Below, in pieces: positions 12,601 to 24,412 of a stretch of DNA of 64,000 bases. This stretch comes from Callorhinchus milii (taxonomy: Eukaryota). Position numbers and translations under genes: made by a program. The stretch is from positions 30,690,001 through 30,754,000 of the forward strand of contig NW_024704747.1 of the NCBI RefSeq assembly GCF_018977255.1. The letters are read 5' to 3'. Within the stretch, counting starts at the first letter, position 1, and every line of letters starts with the position of its first letter. The notes under the pieces are model-generated. The model did no database searches. It worked only from the letters and a program-made list of their open reading frames with translations, and was not told where the DNA came from.

Positions 12601-15600
12601 ACTTAGTACTAAACATAGCCATTGCTGCATAGCAAATATCCGATGAATGAATCCCTGGACAAATGCAATGTATATCCCAATAGTGTGTTAAAGATTATAG
12701 ATCACAGCTGCTCAGGGTAGCAGGGAGCAGAATGTAAGCGTTTACTATATCACTGTACCTAACACATCAGGTATATGTGGCTCTGCTGGAGGTGTGGCCC
12801 AATGTGTTTTCTCTCTAATAAGCCACCACAACAAGAAAGTACAGACCACAAGTCAGCGTAAAATCAATACAATCTAACAGAGTTAAAGCATTTATTTGTA
12901 AACCAGTCTCCCAGCGAAAGACTGTGTGTGTGTGAGTATGTGAGTGCGCAAGCAAGTGAGTGCGCAAGCGTGTGTGCGAGCGTGCGTGTGCAAGCGCGTG
13001 TGTGTGCGTGAGTGAGTGTGTGTCTGTGTGTTCTGTTTTGGAACAGTAGAAACTGAGTTCCTTGTGACGAGAGAGACATATTATCTGAAATGCACATAGG
13101 TATAAAGAGACAGACTGTTTGAAACACATTTTATCCTAATCTGGGCTAACTAGTTTTATTAAGGTAAACTTAGTTAGCCCAGCTGGCCTATCCACCCCTC
13201 CATAACCCGTAAATGTTACGTTTCTGGAAAGGAAGCACAAAAATATTGCTTATGCGATGTCAATGACATATTGCATTGCATTAAATATTCAATATCCTTT
13301 TTCCCCCCAGGCCATGGGATCTGTGATTGTGGTGAATGTGATTGTGACCCCGGCTGGACCAGTGAATACTGTAATTGCACGACAAACATGGAACCATGTG
13401 TGGCAACAGATGGCACGCTGTGTAGCAGGCGTGGGGAATGTATCTGTGGCAAGTGTGCGTGTACACATCCAGGGGCTTCGGGTGAGACGTGTGAAAAGTG
13501 CCCCACTTGTGGTGACCCCTGTACCTCTAAACGGTAATCTTCTCAATTAATATAATCCTTGTGTTTGATATAGCACCTTATCATGTCACCCACATGACTC
13601 AAGCGCTTCACATAATATAGTGTAAGGTGTAGTGACTGTGTATTTTGTGGGTGAAACGCAGCAGCCAATTGCGCACAGCAGTGTCCCACAGACACTTGTG
13701 GATTGACCAATTTTTTTCTTGTGGGATCATCACCTCTGGAAAGTCATCCGCTAATCGACTAACAACTGAGTTCCTACTTACTGTAAGTAGGAGTAAGGAA
13801 ACTTGCCCAACGTTTTACCCTGCTGGGAATGAAACCCATGTTTCTCGCTTGCGAGGCGAGTGCTCTAACCACTGAGCTACAGGACTCCACAATACAATGA
13901 AATACATGTAATATATACACGTATTAACATTCACTCATTATTTACTGATAGTATCCTCTGATCTGACAAATGGTGAGTGAAACTCTTGAAAGACAAACAG
14001 GAATAACCTACTCTAAGGGTCAAATGAGGTTCAAAATATGGGTTTACATCCTAACAATCCATAATAACGATGGGCTAAATCTGAAAGAATGGTTTCTTAA
14101 ACAAGTGCATTGCAGTATATTCAAGACGTAAAACAAACAGTTAGGCTTAGGATTGAAAGGTCCATGTAAAAGAATGTCAAATTATTAATGAATTGAAATA
14201 GATTGGAGATAGATCATATACTTAAACATCTTGCATGTCATCAGTCATATAAAATTAGTTCCAGTGCTCCTAACGTGCTACATCAAGGTTAATTGAATCC
14301 TTTAATTTTAATTCTGCATCTACATAGGAGGATGATTGAATTCTTTACCTTCTCCTCCCAAGTGACCTTCCTTCGGTGCACATTTCACAATCAGACGGAT
14401 TAAAGCAATGTCAGAGATTCAGTGATACAGCAGCTCCAATAGTGGCAAGTGAGAGGACCCAGGTTTGATTCCCTGTCGGGGCAAAACGTTAGGCGAGTCT
14501 CCTTACCCCACACACCTCTGTTTACCTGGTAGTAAGTAGGAACCTGGTTGTTAGCCCATTGGTGGATCACTTTGCTAGGAGGTAATAATTCCTTCAAAGA
14601 AAAATAATAATTCGATCACTCAATCCACGACTGTTTGTGGGATACTGCTGTGTGCAATTGGCTGCCACGTCTCACTCATAAAACACACACACAGTCACTA
14701 CACTTTACAGTATATTCCGTGAAGCACTTTGAACTGTCTCGAAGATATGATAAGGCATTGATTGCAGATTTCTGGGAGGCATTGAAATTGGCTGTTTTTT
14801 CCAATAATATTAAAGAGCATCATGATCAGCTCTTTAGTATGATTGAAAAACATTGTGTGGAAGATTCCTGGGCTGCCTGAACTCTTTGCACATATAAAAA
14901 AGTGAGCGAGTGAGCGAGCAATCTNNNNNNNNNNNNNNNNNNNNNNNNNNNNNNNNNNNNNNNNNNNNNNNNNNNNNNNNNNNNNNNNNNNNNNNNNNNN
15001 NNNNNNNNNNNNNNNNNNNNNNNNNNNNNNNNNNNNNNNNNNNNNNNNNNNNNNNNNNNNNNCAGCTGTGCCACATGTTTTCTTGAAGTCACGTCCTCCA
15101 GGTGAGTTGCTGCCAGACAGACAGTATAACACAACAAAGATCAGTTCATGTAGCTACACTCTCAGTCAGAGAGGATAGTGTGGGCCACAGGGACTGAAGG
15201 GAATACAGCGAGCAAACTGCTTTATTCGCAGTGCAATACCTTTTGTGAAACCAATCATTTATATGTTTTTACAAAAATCTTAAATGATTGCTTAGTTTTT
15301 TTTCAGATACCACTGAAAAAATAGGGTAGATTTGGACTGACCTCTGTGATTCAACACAACTCATGAACTTTAATTCTTATGTTTGTTCTTATATAGTTTG
15401 GGACACGACATGACAAGTGACTGCCAGGATGATGGAAAGCAAACTAGATGGACCTTGGTCATCTTTTGCCTAGCAAACTCTTATGTTCTTAAGTTAAGGT
15501 TCTTATGGCATGAGAAAGATTTAGTACTTCCCCGCCCTTCTCTGGAATGTCATTCATGCCTTTCTACCCTAAAGCATGTTTTTTTTCTAGAAAGAAAACA

Positions 15601-18600
15601 TTTGGCAGAATTTTATCTCGTGAATAATTTATCATTCAATTGATTGTCATAAAGAGGGCAATATACATGCTTTAAAACAACCTCCCATTAATATCATGTA
15701 ATCCAAAATGCTTTCTTTAAAACATGACTAAAGCTTTCTTATCTGTAAAGTAAGCACTCAAGGTGCCTTCCTGTCTTTTTTTAATAATACTTGTCATGAT
15801 TCATTTGAGAGAAACCCTTCACAATAATATTTTTATAATTATAATTTACCCACAAAGTATCAAATGAACAAATTTGAGCCTGAAATAATCCCCACAGGCG
15901 TTTTATATAATTGAATACCTCTGACATTGTGCGAAACACAGGAGTCCTTGAAACACTGAAAAACACATATATATATTTTAATCATAATGACAAAAGGCTG
16001 ACAGTTATTGATGTGTGTTATTGCTCTATAGGAGCTGTGTTGAATGTTACTTTTCTGGTATGAACGAATCTACAGAATGCAATGAAAAGTGCAGAGAAAT
16101 CGACGCCACTGTCAATCAGACCTCAGGTAATTCAATCCTAAAACTGGTTTGAAAAGCATTTTTAAAAATGGTGTGTATCTGTGAGATGAGAAATTAAGTC
16201 AAAATGCTGGAGATGTACTGTACACAAATCCAGGGTGAAGAAGATATGGTTTTATTTCAAGTGAACTGCATACAGTATTTGATTTTTTTCTCAATATTTA
16301 TAGCTCATATATCCAAGGGTTGGTGCCAACTTCCGCACCTCCAAATGGTGCAGACACCATCAATCACCAGGGAGATGTGCCCAGGGGCTGATGCATTTGT
16401 GTATCTTATGCCGAGGAGCACCTTACAAGAAGTTGCTTACAAGGAGTTCCTGGTACCTGCTCTCCACCTAACAAAGCCCTAAACCAATGCTGCTCAGGTA
16501 GCTAATGTGACCCACACGTAGGGGCTGAGTTAGCTCGACAGGCACCTGCACAGAACCACGACAACAAACTCTATGTAGCAAAAGGTAGAGGAAAAACTGT
16601 ACAGGTTGAAGGTGTCTGGCACTGGTGCCCTGTGCTCTAACCCCAGTACACATTGTCTGGACTCCATCTGAGTCACAGTATGGAATGTGTATGGTCCTGT
16701 GTCTCTGCCTTCACTTGGGCTCTCATCTCATTTGCTTTACTTCTCGCACTTGAAACATTGTCCCGACATGAAAGATGCTTCATGGATGTAAATTGTTTTC
16801 GCTTTAATTTCTCATTTCCCTTCTGATAAATAGTTTGGGACAAGACAAGCGACTGACAGGATTTCGCCCACAAAATATACAGTCAATTTACTGTACAGTA
16901 TATTGTGTGAAGCGCTTTGAGACGTCTCAACAACGTGATAAGGCACGATATGAAATGCAAAGGTTATTATTATTCATAAGAGGAATGGGATGGACCTTGG
17001 TCTTCTGTCACCCAGAATTTTAAAAAATTCTTATGTTCTTGGTGTGCAACATCTCATTTGCCGAATTGTTTTGAGACAGTATGTGTCGGCACTATATAAA
17101 TGTAAGTCATTATTGATGCTGCTGTTCTCCTTTCAGACTGCCAGAAGTGCAAATCGGTTTACTGTGCTCTGAAAATTGAGAATGATTGCACAATGTCTTT
17201 CCAGTTTTTGGAAGATGAACATGGACGCTCATTTCTTTATGACCTAAAACAAACAGGTGAATTTAGAAAATAAATCATTGCGTTAAAAAAATTGCAAATA
17301 TTTTCATGAATAGAAGAATTGATTGTAATTGATTATTAAGTGGGACAGTATCTCATATTTGAACTTCAGTAACATTTGTCATCCATTTACTTTTCATTTT
17401 TATTTTATAGATTTTTATGCTTCCTATTTGATCTTAATTTCGACAAACATTACGTTGAAAATTGCTCTGCTCCAGTTAATATCCTGAGTGTTCTCTGATA
17501 TTCACCTACATCAGGAAAGTTTGTAGCTAAAAATGAAATATTACTCTTGTAATATTCCACAGTTTTGTCTCCTCGATTCCGATGCTGAAATCTCCTGAGT
17601 TTGGTGAAAAATGAAAGCACGCAGAACCCATCTATGCTGTTCCCTTGTCAGCTTGGCTAGCAGGCATGTTTACGTAACATAAAAAAAGATCTTCCCTTCC
17701 CTCTCAGATTGCTATTCTGCTTATTGCTATTTTGGCACAAGCCCACAATAAGCTTTCTCAGCCCCTTTGAATTCCTAAGCTAATAAAGTCACCCACCTAG
17801 TGTTGTAAACTTCCCCCAGAGGAAGCCAAAATAATACCAGCTGACCCTACTGAAACCCTACTATGGACCAGTTCAATGATTATTGTTTCTTTTATGGATT
17901 ACAATATTTAGTTGGTATTTGAGGCAGTTCTCAATGCTACAATATTGAACTCCCAACCACAATTGTCATTAGTTTAAATTTTGTCTAGGGTGAGATTCAT
18001 ACGTACTTGCTCTCCTCAGGGAAGTTCTGAGCTGAGTTGCACCACTAGATGGAATACCTGCAGAGAAAGCTAGAGCAGGAGGAATCCCAACACACTGTTA
18101 AACAACTTTGAGATTTGGTCACAAGTTTCATTGACGTTGGGTGTGGAGAATAGCACTATACAGCCAAGTGGAACTCACTCCTCCATTCAACATGTCAGGA
18201 AGTGGGAGGCAATAAAGGCTTAACAAGACAAGAAAACCCAACAGGATAAGATATCATTCAATTGATATTTAAAAGCAAACGTAGTGATGATAGGTTTTTT
18301 GTTTTTTTACAGTAAATGTTTTAATCACAAAATATACAGTCAATTCACTTTACAGTATATTCTGTGAAGCACTTTGAAATTTATGGAAGACATGATAAAA
18401 CGCTATCATGTCGTGATGCAGACTAGGTTAAATGCAAAGATTATTATTATTAAACACAATTTGGACATTGCTTTCTGGTTCGCGTATTTTTCTTAAGCTT
18501 TGTGCAATTTATACTCAACTCTTTCTGAAATGCGAGATTTTCTGTACTTGTGAAAGGTAGTAACTTAAACATGTTTATTAGCCGACAGAGAATGAGTAAG

Positions 18601-19906
18601 TGAGTCAGTGAGTGAGAACTGCTTTCATCTATCAAAGATTAAAATACTGAAGTGTTTCCTGATACAGGATGTCCATTGCCTCCGAACATTGCAATGATTG
18701 TGCTGGGAGTTTCTCTGGCAATCCTGGTGGTTGGTTTAGTTATCCTCAGTATCTGGAAGATGCTAATATCCATTCACGACCGCAAAGAAGTGGCCAAGTT
18801 TGAATCGGAGCGAGCCAAAGCCAAATGGGAAACTGTAAGTCTCCAGATGTCAACATGTGGTGTATTGTAATTCTCTACAGTTTAACCTAGTCTGCATCAC
18901 TGTTGTATATCCACAATCAAACCCAAAGGGACTGTTCTCACATTAGCACCATTCATTGTGTGTTAGTTTGAAAAGACCTGACATTATAGGACATGGTTAA
19001 GTTAACTTGATTTTATTCAGTAATCAGGTTACATCAATTCTCAGTTTATATGTGCACTGAATGTTCTGAAGCCAAAGTTATGTGGAACCATTTCATTCAT
19101 ACTATGACGAACATGTGGATTGCTGTCACTTCAGCAGTCCTGTAGCTCAGTGGTTAGAGCACTCGCTTTCCTGGCAGAGTGAAACCTTGGGCAAGTTGCT
19201 GATACCTGATAATAATCCCTCAAAAAAAAAACAATAATAAATTGGTCACTTCAATCCACGACTGTTTGTGGGACACTTCTGTGTGCAATTGGCTGCGGCA
19301 TTTCGCCCACAAATATACAGTCAATTCACTTTTATAGTCTATTCTGTGAAGCTTTGAGACGTCGAAAAGACATGAAAAGCTCTATATCAAATGCAAGGAT
19401 TATTATTATTATTCATTACAGATAAACTAAACTTATAATGTGCTTCTCGATTCTACTTAATGTGAGAACTGGCACCTACCAACTCAGAATTGCTATATAA
19501 AAATATGTAAAATAGTCAGATTGATATGTTTTAAATGACTATTTTATGGTAATATATTTTAGAAATTAAGATGATGTATTGTATATACAGCACAGGAGAG
19601 CAATCAAAACATAAATACTAGTGTTAATTTGACAAAAGTATTTGCAATGAATCATAGATCCTTTTTTTTGGCCTGGAGTCATTACTGCTCCATTAATGTG
19701 GCTGCATTTCTGGAATGTGTAACAAACCTACTGTGGAAAATGATAGAGTTCAGATAAAAGATGGTGTAACATGCTTTCCAATTATCTCCCTGATATTGAA
19801 TCCTTGTGTTTTTCAGGGTACAAATCCACTTTACAAAGGTTCGACTTCCACGTTCAAAAATGTGACTTACGGAAAGCAAAAGGACTCAATTACTGTTGGA
19901 AACTAA
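358..19906 (+). CDS. ITGB6: Integrin beta-6, 5'-partial; join of 12 exons (beta-I domain to stop)
   Basis: Phase-consistent GT-AG exons (2009 nt). Beta6-type peptides: [79 protein letters not shown]. Adjacent to PLA2R1. Confidence 0.95.
977..1212. repeat. Unclassified interspersed repeat, copy 1
   Basis: 977-1095 matches 3745-3866 in reverse complement; 1141-1212 matches 23845-23914 directly. Confidence 0.7.
1426..1591 (+). CDS. ITGB6: ITGB6 exon: specificity loop, SyMBS/MIDAS Glu
   Basis: cag|G...AAG|gtaagc; CLPPFGYKH...[11 protein letters not shown]. Confidence 0.93.
1706..1867 (+). CDS. ITGB6: ITGB6 exon: beta-I domain
   Basis: tttcag|GAG...ATG|gtaaag; [20 protein letters not shown]. 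Confidence 0.95.
1988..2292 (-). mobile_element. L2-clade LINE 3' fragment
   Basis: Minus strand reads [27 protein letters not shown], then stem-loop and (TTG)n tail. Confidence 0.8.
3745..3866. repeat. Unclassified interspersed repeat, inverted copy
   Basis: Reverse complement of 977-1095 (gtcagccgggtgtctgac; cccacctacacatggaaatt). Confidence 0.7.
3950..4045 (+). CDS. ITGB6: ITGB6 exon: beta-I domain
   Basis: aag|GAA...AAG|gtaagg; [24 protein letters not shown]. Confidence 0.93.
5091..5180 (+). CDS. ITGB6: ITGB6 exon: end of beta-I domain
   Basis: cag|AAT...AAG|gtactt; [30 protein letters not shown]. Confidence 0.93.
5440..5745 (-). mobile_element. L2-clade LINE 3' fragment (second subfamily)
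   Basis: TIGGCTFSH...[10 protein letters not shown] and (TTG)n tail; similar to 45342-45655. Confidence 0.78.
7527..7661 (+). CDS. ITGB6: ITGB6 exon: hybrid domain
   Basis: cag|GAA...ATG|gtgtgt; [16 protein letters not shown]...SFTAIC. Confidence 0.92.
8785..9202 (+). CDS. ITGB6: ITGB6 exon: hybrid and I-EGF1-3
   Basis: cag|GTT...G|gtaagt; Cys-rich integrin EGF repeats. Confidence 0.95.
9918..10147. mobile_element. Palindromic Penelope-like non-autonomous insertion with hammerhead-ribozyme cores and 14-bp TSD
   Basis: Arms 9918-10012 and about 10020-10110 are inverted copies; flanked by aatacaatcagcaa at 9904-9917 and 10148-10161; CTGATGA-stem-GAAAC on the minus strand. Confidence 0.75.
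9984..10012 (-). ncRNA. Minimal hammerhead ribozyme core (probably degenerate)
   Basis: CUGAUGA-AGGAUC-AUA-GGCCC-GAAAC-GUU; stem II has one mismatch and stem I is poorly formed. Confidence 0.5.
10210..10290 (+). mobile_element. CR1-type LINE 3' end fragment
   Basis: gatcagccatga...aggcttgaggggctgaatggcctcctcctgttcct; similar to the 3' end of the CR1 at 51577. Confidence 0.6.
10550..11670 (+). mobile_element. L2-clade LINE, 5'-truncated, RT C-terminal half, frameshifted
   Basis: VPQGSVL; [10 protein letters not shown]; [19 protein letters not shown]; 3' gggacgtcctcc stem-loop and (TTG)n. Confidence 0.9.
12922..13030. repeat. (GT)/(GC)/(GAGT) compound microsatellite
   Basis: Visible in sequence. 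Confidence 0.85.
13311..13533 (+). CDS. ITGB6: ITGB6 exon: I-EGF3-4
   Basis: cag|GC...CG|gtaatc; [11 protein letters not shown]...[11 protein letters not shown]. Confidence 0.95.
13549..13890 (-). mobile_element. tRNA-Ala-derived SINE with L2-like tail, near full length
   Basis: Head ggagtcctgtagctcagtggttagagcactcgcctcgcaagcgag; tail caaggattat; 15 nt from an ITGB6 donor. Confidence 0.85.
14430..14760 (+). mobile_element. Diverged SINE of the same family
   Basis: B-box ggtttgattccc; gtgcaattggctgcc; cactttacagtatatt.gtgaagcacttt. Confidence 0.65.
14925..15062. other. Assembly gap (138 N)
   Basis: N run. Confidence 1.
16032..16126 (+). CDS. ITGB6: ITGB6 exon: beta-tail domain
   Basis: tag|G...G|gtaatt; SCVECYFSG...CNEKC. 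Confidence 0.88.
17137..17256 (+). CDS. ITGB6: ITGB6 exon: beta-tail domain
   Basis: cag|AC...G|gtgaat; [22 protein letters not shown]. Confidence 0.88.
18668..18834 (+). CDS. ITGB6: ITGB6 exon: transmembrane and membrane-proximal tail
   Basis: cag|GA...ACT|gtaagt; hydrophobic helix then [17 protein letters not shown]. Confidence 0.95.
19134..19412 (+). mobile_element. tRNA-derived SINE with an internal deletion of the B-box region
   Basis: gtcctgtagctcagtggttagagcactcgc...aaccttgggcaag...caaatgcaaggattattattatt. Confidence 0.85.
19817..19906 (+). CDS. ITGB6: ITGB6 last coding exon: NPLY and NVTY motifs, stop
   Basis: cag|GGT; [29 protein letters not shown]. Confidence 0.95.
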   Translation, partial: GTNPLYKGSTSTFKNVTYGKQKDSITVGN

Positions 19907-21770
19907 TGTGCTACTTAACTTATTGGAAAATTGAAAGTTTCTTGTAACTGGCCCTAATGCACTTTTGTTTGTGTTTGTCTGGAGTAGCTGTGTTGTTGTG
20001 GAAACACATTGTACATATTTTGAACTATATTATATTCGGTAAAACTCATCAGTCTGAACTGTATACATCGTATAATCACCCAAGTTGTTCATCTGCCCAA
20101 ATCCCATTCAAGCATTTATGTTCTATGCAAGTTTAACATAACTCATATTTGGCATTAGTCATATTAAATGTCTGATACGACTTATGTGAGGTTTTACTGC
20201 ACATTGGATGTGGCTATAAAAAGCATCAAAGAGTGTAGGTTTTGAGGCAGCAATTTATAGGAAACTAAACAGTTCTAGTAAATAACACTAATTCAACTTC
20301 ACCAACTATTTTTGACAAACTTTTTCTATTATTGTGGCTTGAATTCAACAAAGGATTCTTGTGTTTTTTTTGTAGAGAAATTGTTTTGTACTTTCATGGT
20401 TAGAAATATTCAACTCTGAAGTGCCAGCCATAAGGTTATACTGACTGCACATTCCCATGTTAAAAATTGGAATAGCGCTTATAGATACACTTCATTACGC
20501 AATGTTCTATTGTTCTCTATACTTTTGTGTTTCAGTCCACAATGTGAAACAACAACATTTCCAAATTTCCATTTCAAATCATATCAAACAAATTTGATAC
20601 ATTTACACATGTGGCAGCTAACGAACAGCACTGTGACTAAATGTCAGGATGTTCATTATTAATAACTAATTTATTTAATGTCCCGCTACATGATAATTGA
20701 CTAATTAACAGAATGGAAACCATAAAAGACCTTATGGTTAGAGGCCACAACTAAACATCCAATTGAGACATTTTCAATTGAAAGTTTCAATGAGTGGAAA
20801 GTTTAACATTTCATTTGTACCATCCAGTCTTGGCATCTATATTTTCAATAACTTTTAGAAATGTTTATTGTTTGAATTCTGCAATAACACAGACTAGTCT
20901 TGTGCTGTATTGAAAGTAAGATGTGATACAGTTGAATACAATTATTCAGCCAAGTGATACAGTCCATGTACTTGACTTGAGGACAGACATAAAAACAAAA
21001 TTCCACCTTCAAAAACAAACGAAGACTTGGATACACAGTCTCCCAAGTATCAAGACATTCATCTTCCTGAACTGCATTCCTTTGTTCTTCACAATGATTT
21101 GTTGAGTTATTATTTCACTTAATTGAAAATTGCTGTACATTTTTGAATATAAATGTTTAAATAATTTTCCTTTTTTTCCCTGAATGTATCTTTGTCAATT
21201 ACTTTCTCGTGCATCACTGGTTAATGCAGGCTTCTTTCTCCATCAAAAGGCTGGATCTTAAGAATATTACTGTATTAGTCACCTTCACAGAGTTGTAGAG
21301 AAATATCGCTTTTTTTGTAGATAAACATTTTGGACCAGATTCTGTTCTTGTGATGTTGTATTACAGTTGGCAAAATGTAATCCACAAATATTTTTATGTG
21401 TTTTTTTGTTTCATAACATACTACAAAGTTGAAAATCTCTTCAAAAGAGAAAATTAGAAGGGAACTTGATAAAAGTACTTTGATGGTTATAAGATTGTCG
21501 TCATGTCCCATTTTAACCCACAGTTCACTGTGGTCAATTGTGTTACTGAGCCAGAAGATGATATTTGGTGTTGCTGAGCTAGAAGCATGAAATTTGGTCA
21601 CTCTGGGTTTAGCAGTGTGTGTGATGAAATGTATGACAATCATTTTAAAAAAAGACTTTCTCTGTAATTCTGTGGGTTGTCTGTTTCTCTATTGGTTACA
21701 GACACACAAGTTACAGCAGGGACTGCATTCCAAACAACAGAAAATCCTAAAGTCTCCAGCTTTGTTTAAC

Positions 21771-22003
21771 ATAATAATCCTTGCATTTAATATAGCGCCT
21801 CATCACGTCTTCGAGACATCTCAAAGCCCTTCACAGAATATACTGTAAAGTGTAGCAACTGCATATTTTTTGGGTGAAATGCAGCAGCCAATTCTGCACA
21901 ACAGTGTCCCACAAACTGTCTTTGTGATTCCTGCGCAGGAATTGAACCCAGGTCCTCTCGCTTGCGAGGCGAGTGCTCTCACCACTGAGCTACAGGACTC
22001 CAC
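21771..22003 (-). mobile_element. tRNA-Ala-derived SINE with a central deletion
   Basis: A and B boxes, CGC anticodon loop, (TTA)n tail. Confidence 0.85.
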
Positions 22004-23844
22004 TATTGCTTGGGTTTGTTGTTTAGGTGTCGCTGTCCAAGACTTGAAAAACTTTTCTTTCATTAACTGCAATAGTAACAGAACTCCAATGTGTGATTTG
22101 GGCTGTGAGGATTTCTTGTATTTGTAAACATGTTTATGAATCTTATGTCACTGTCGGGCCAGGACCTCAACTCATCCAATTGGTGGTGGTGGTGGTTGTT
22201 GTCGTCCTGTGATTGTGCTCTGAGGAGTAAAGCTGCTTCACTGTATGATGATGTGCAATGGGAAACTGGATTTAATGCCCGCTCTATGTTACTTTTAATC
22301 AGGCCAAGAAAAAAAAACAATCTGGTATTTAATGGGTGCTTTGGAGGCCATTAATTCTGCTTAATTGGCACCAATCACTGCCAAAATCACACTAATGTGC
22401 AGCCAAATGAGCTGCATAAACACATCATTAATGTCTGCCCAGACATTAATGTTGGCAGGCCATGTCACCATCAGAGGCAGCACAGCCAAGATTGATCTGT
22501 GCCTGACATTCACTCACACTATTTAGTGTGGGATCATTGGGTAGGAACAACAACAGCAAGTTGCATTTATATTGTGCCCTGCACACGCAGTAGTGTCCCC
22601 GAGGAACAACAACAGCAGCAGCAGATATCTCTTCCATCCCCCCCCCCCACCCCCGTTCAAGAACAATCGTCTCCCCAAACACCTCTCCTGTCCGAGCTCA
22701 GATTGAATTTAGGACCCTCCGAGGCTGAAGGGTTGGTTGTGTTTCACACAGTTCAGTGACTGATCAGTTTTAATGCAGGTAAAACAATGGGTAAAATGAA
22801 TTGAGCTTTGATCCTCATTAGTAACAAGTTATTTGTGCTGATATGATGCTTCTGTGATTTTTAAACAGTGATTCGTGAAGGTGCAAGGTCATTGGTCAAA
22901 TGAAAATAATATTTTCAGATATAAATGTTGGCAGAGTTTGTGAACCAATAAGCTGATCTTGAAGATCTGTATTCTTTAGTGTTTGGCTGTTCTTTAAAGA
23001 TGAAGATCAAGTTTGAGTGTTTGGTGGGAAAAACAAAATAGACCCAACTGTTCGGGGGCTACACAAGTAGATATTGAAGCTAAAGACAATGTTTGCAAAT
23101 AAAATATTTTCCCACATTTCTGTTAAAATGAGCATTTTCTATGTGATGCCAGATATCTGTTGCTCACATCTCTCACATCTTTTATCAATATTGAGAAACA
23201 TGATCTGTACTGAAGGATGTTTTTATTTATGATAAAAGAGGACTGATCTGTGATGCTGCATACTTTAAACAGGAATGGGTTGAGCACAGTGCCATCCAAT
23301 TGCTGTATGGAGCAATTGCATAGGCATCTGCACTTCACTAGGGACTGGACAAACAAACATTGGCATTCCTCAGCCTCAGTGAGCTGTGTGACATGGGCAG
23401 GCGATCTGGGCTATAAGCGAAGGGTCAGGCCAGTTAGAGAGATATGGGTGGTCTTGCAGCTGGTGTAGATTTGCACAGAACATCAAGAAGGCATAGCGAG
23501 CGAAACAGTCTGAGCTGATACACTGTGATCAGCAGCAGTGTGTTGCTCTGTCAGTGCTGAGCAAAGGGAGAGCAAAATTCTCAACTCTGGATGAGAGTCA
23601 ACTTTCCAAATTCTTTTCTAACTCCAGATGGCAAACGTTTTGAATTGCTTAACAGTTTCCTCCACAGTTTGTATAGGATCCAAAATCAGACTGCCTCCCC
23701 ATAGCTTTGGAAAACAGGACAATGTAAATACTGTACCTCCCTGCACACGGGCTTTGATGATAAACGGCATTAAACCCAAAGTTATAGTTATTGAGTGAAT
23801 GGAGGAACCAGCTGCAGTCCTCTGGATGGTGTAACCAATACACA

Positions 23845-23914
23845 TCCTGCTTACCTAATTCTGGAGAGTATTAGGCGCAGATTGGCAATAGCCAAGGCTT
23901 GGGGGGGCCCAGAG
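23845..23914. repeat. Unclassified interspersed repeat fragment upstream of PLA2R1
   Basis: cctgcttacctaatt...tattaggc...gccaaggcttg...cccagagt shared with 1141-1212. Confidence 0.65.
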
Positions 23915-24291
23915 TGTGTGTTGGGGTAACTGCTGGAGTCTAACCAGCTAAATCCACACAGCTTGCCATTGATATCACAGTCTGGCTAGCTTTCCCGCTG
24001 CTTGTCCAGCTTGGACCACCCTCCCCATTAGGGTTTTCGCGGCAGGGTTAACAGGAGCTGAGGGGGAGGATTCCCTGCCCCCAGTGACTGGTCGGACCTT
24101 CCATGTCCTGCTGATGAGCCGGGCCGGGCTGGACTGTGCTGTCAGCAGTGAGAGCAGTGACGAGCTGGGCTAAGAACAGGAAGAGTAAGGACTGAGCTCC
24201 CTGTTACATCTGGTGTTGGGCTGTTCATTTGCTGTTTCTCTGATAGAAAAGCGTCTCAGCTTCACACTCACACACACACTCACACACGGGG

Positions 24292-24412
24292 ATGGCTGGG
24301 TCGGCTGTGTGTGTGTGGCTGTGGCTGTGCTGGGCTGGTGTGAGGCTGACCTGGGGGGACCGACACAGCACCAGCTCCAACGTAGGAAGGAGCGAGTTAC
24401 CCAACTTACTGG
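24292..24412 (+). CDS. PLA2R1: PLA2R1 exon 1: signal peptide
   Basis: gggATGG Kozak context; [22 protein letters not shown]; G|gtaagt phase 1 matches exon 2. Confidence 0.75.

Noticed and set aside
14925-15062. Possible exon hidden in an N gap (also 25267-25412)
   Set aside because: The flanking exons join in phase and give continuous domain sequence, so no exon is needed.
358-19906. Alternative identity as ITGB8 because of DVSAS
   Set aside because: The NPLY/NVTY tail, HDRKE motif, WRNDSLHLL peptide and PLA2R1 synteny all indicate beta6.
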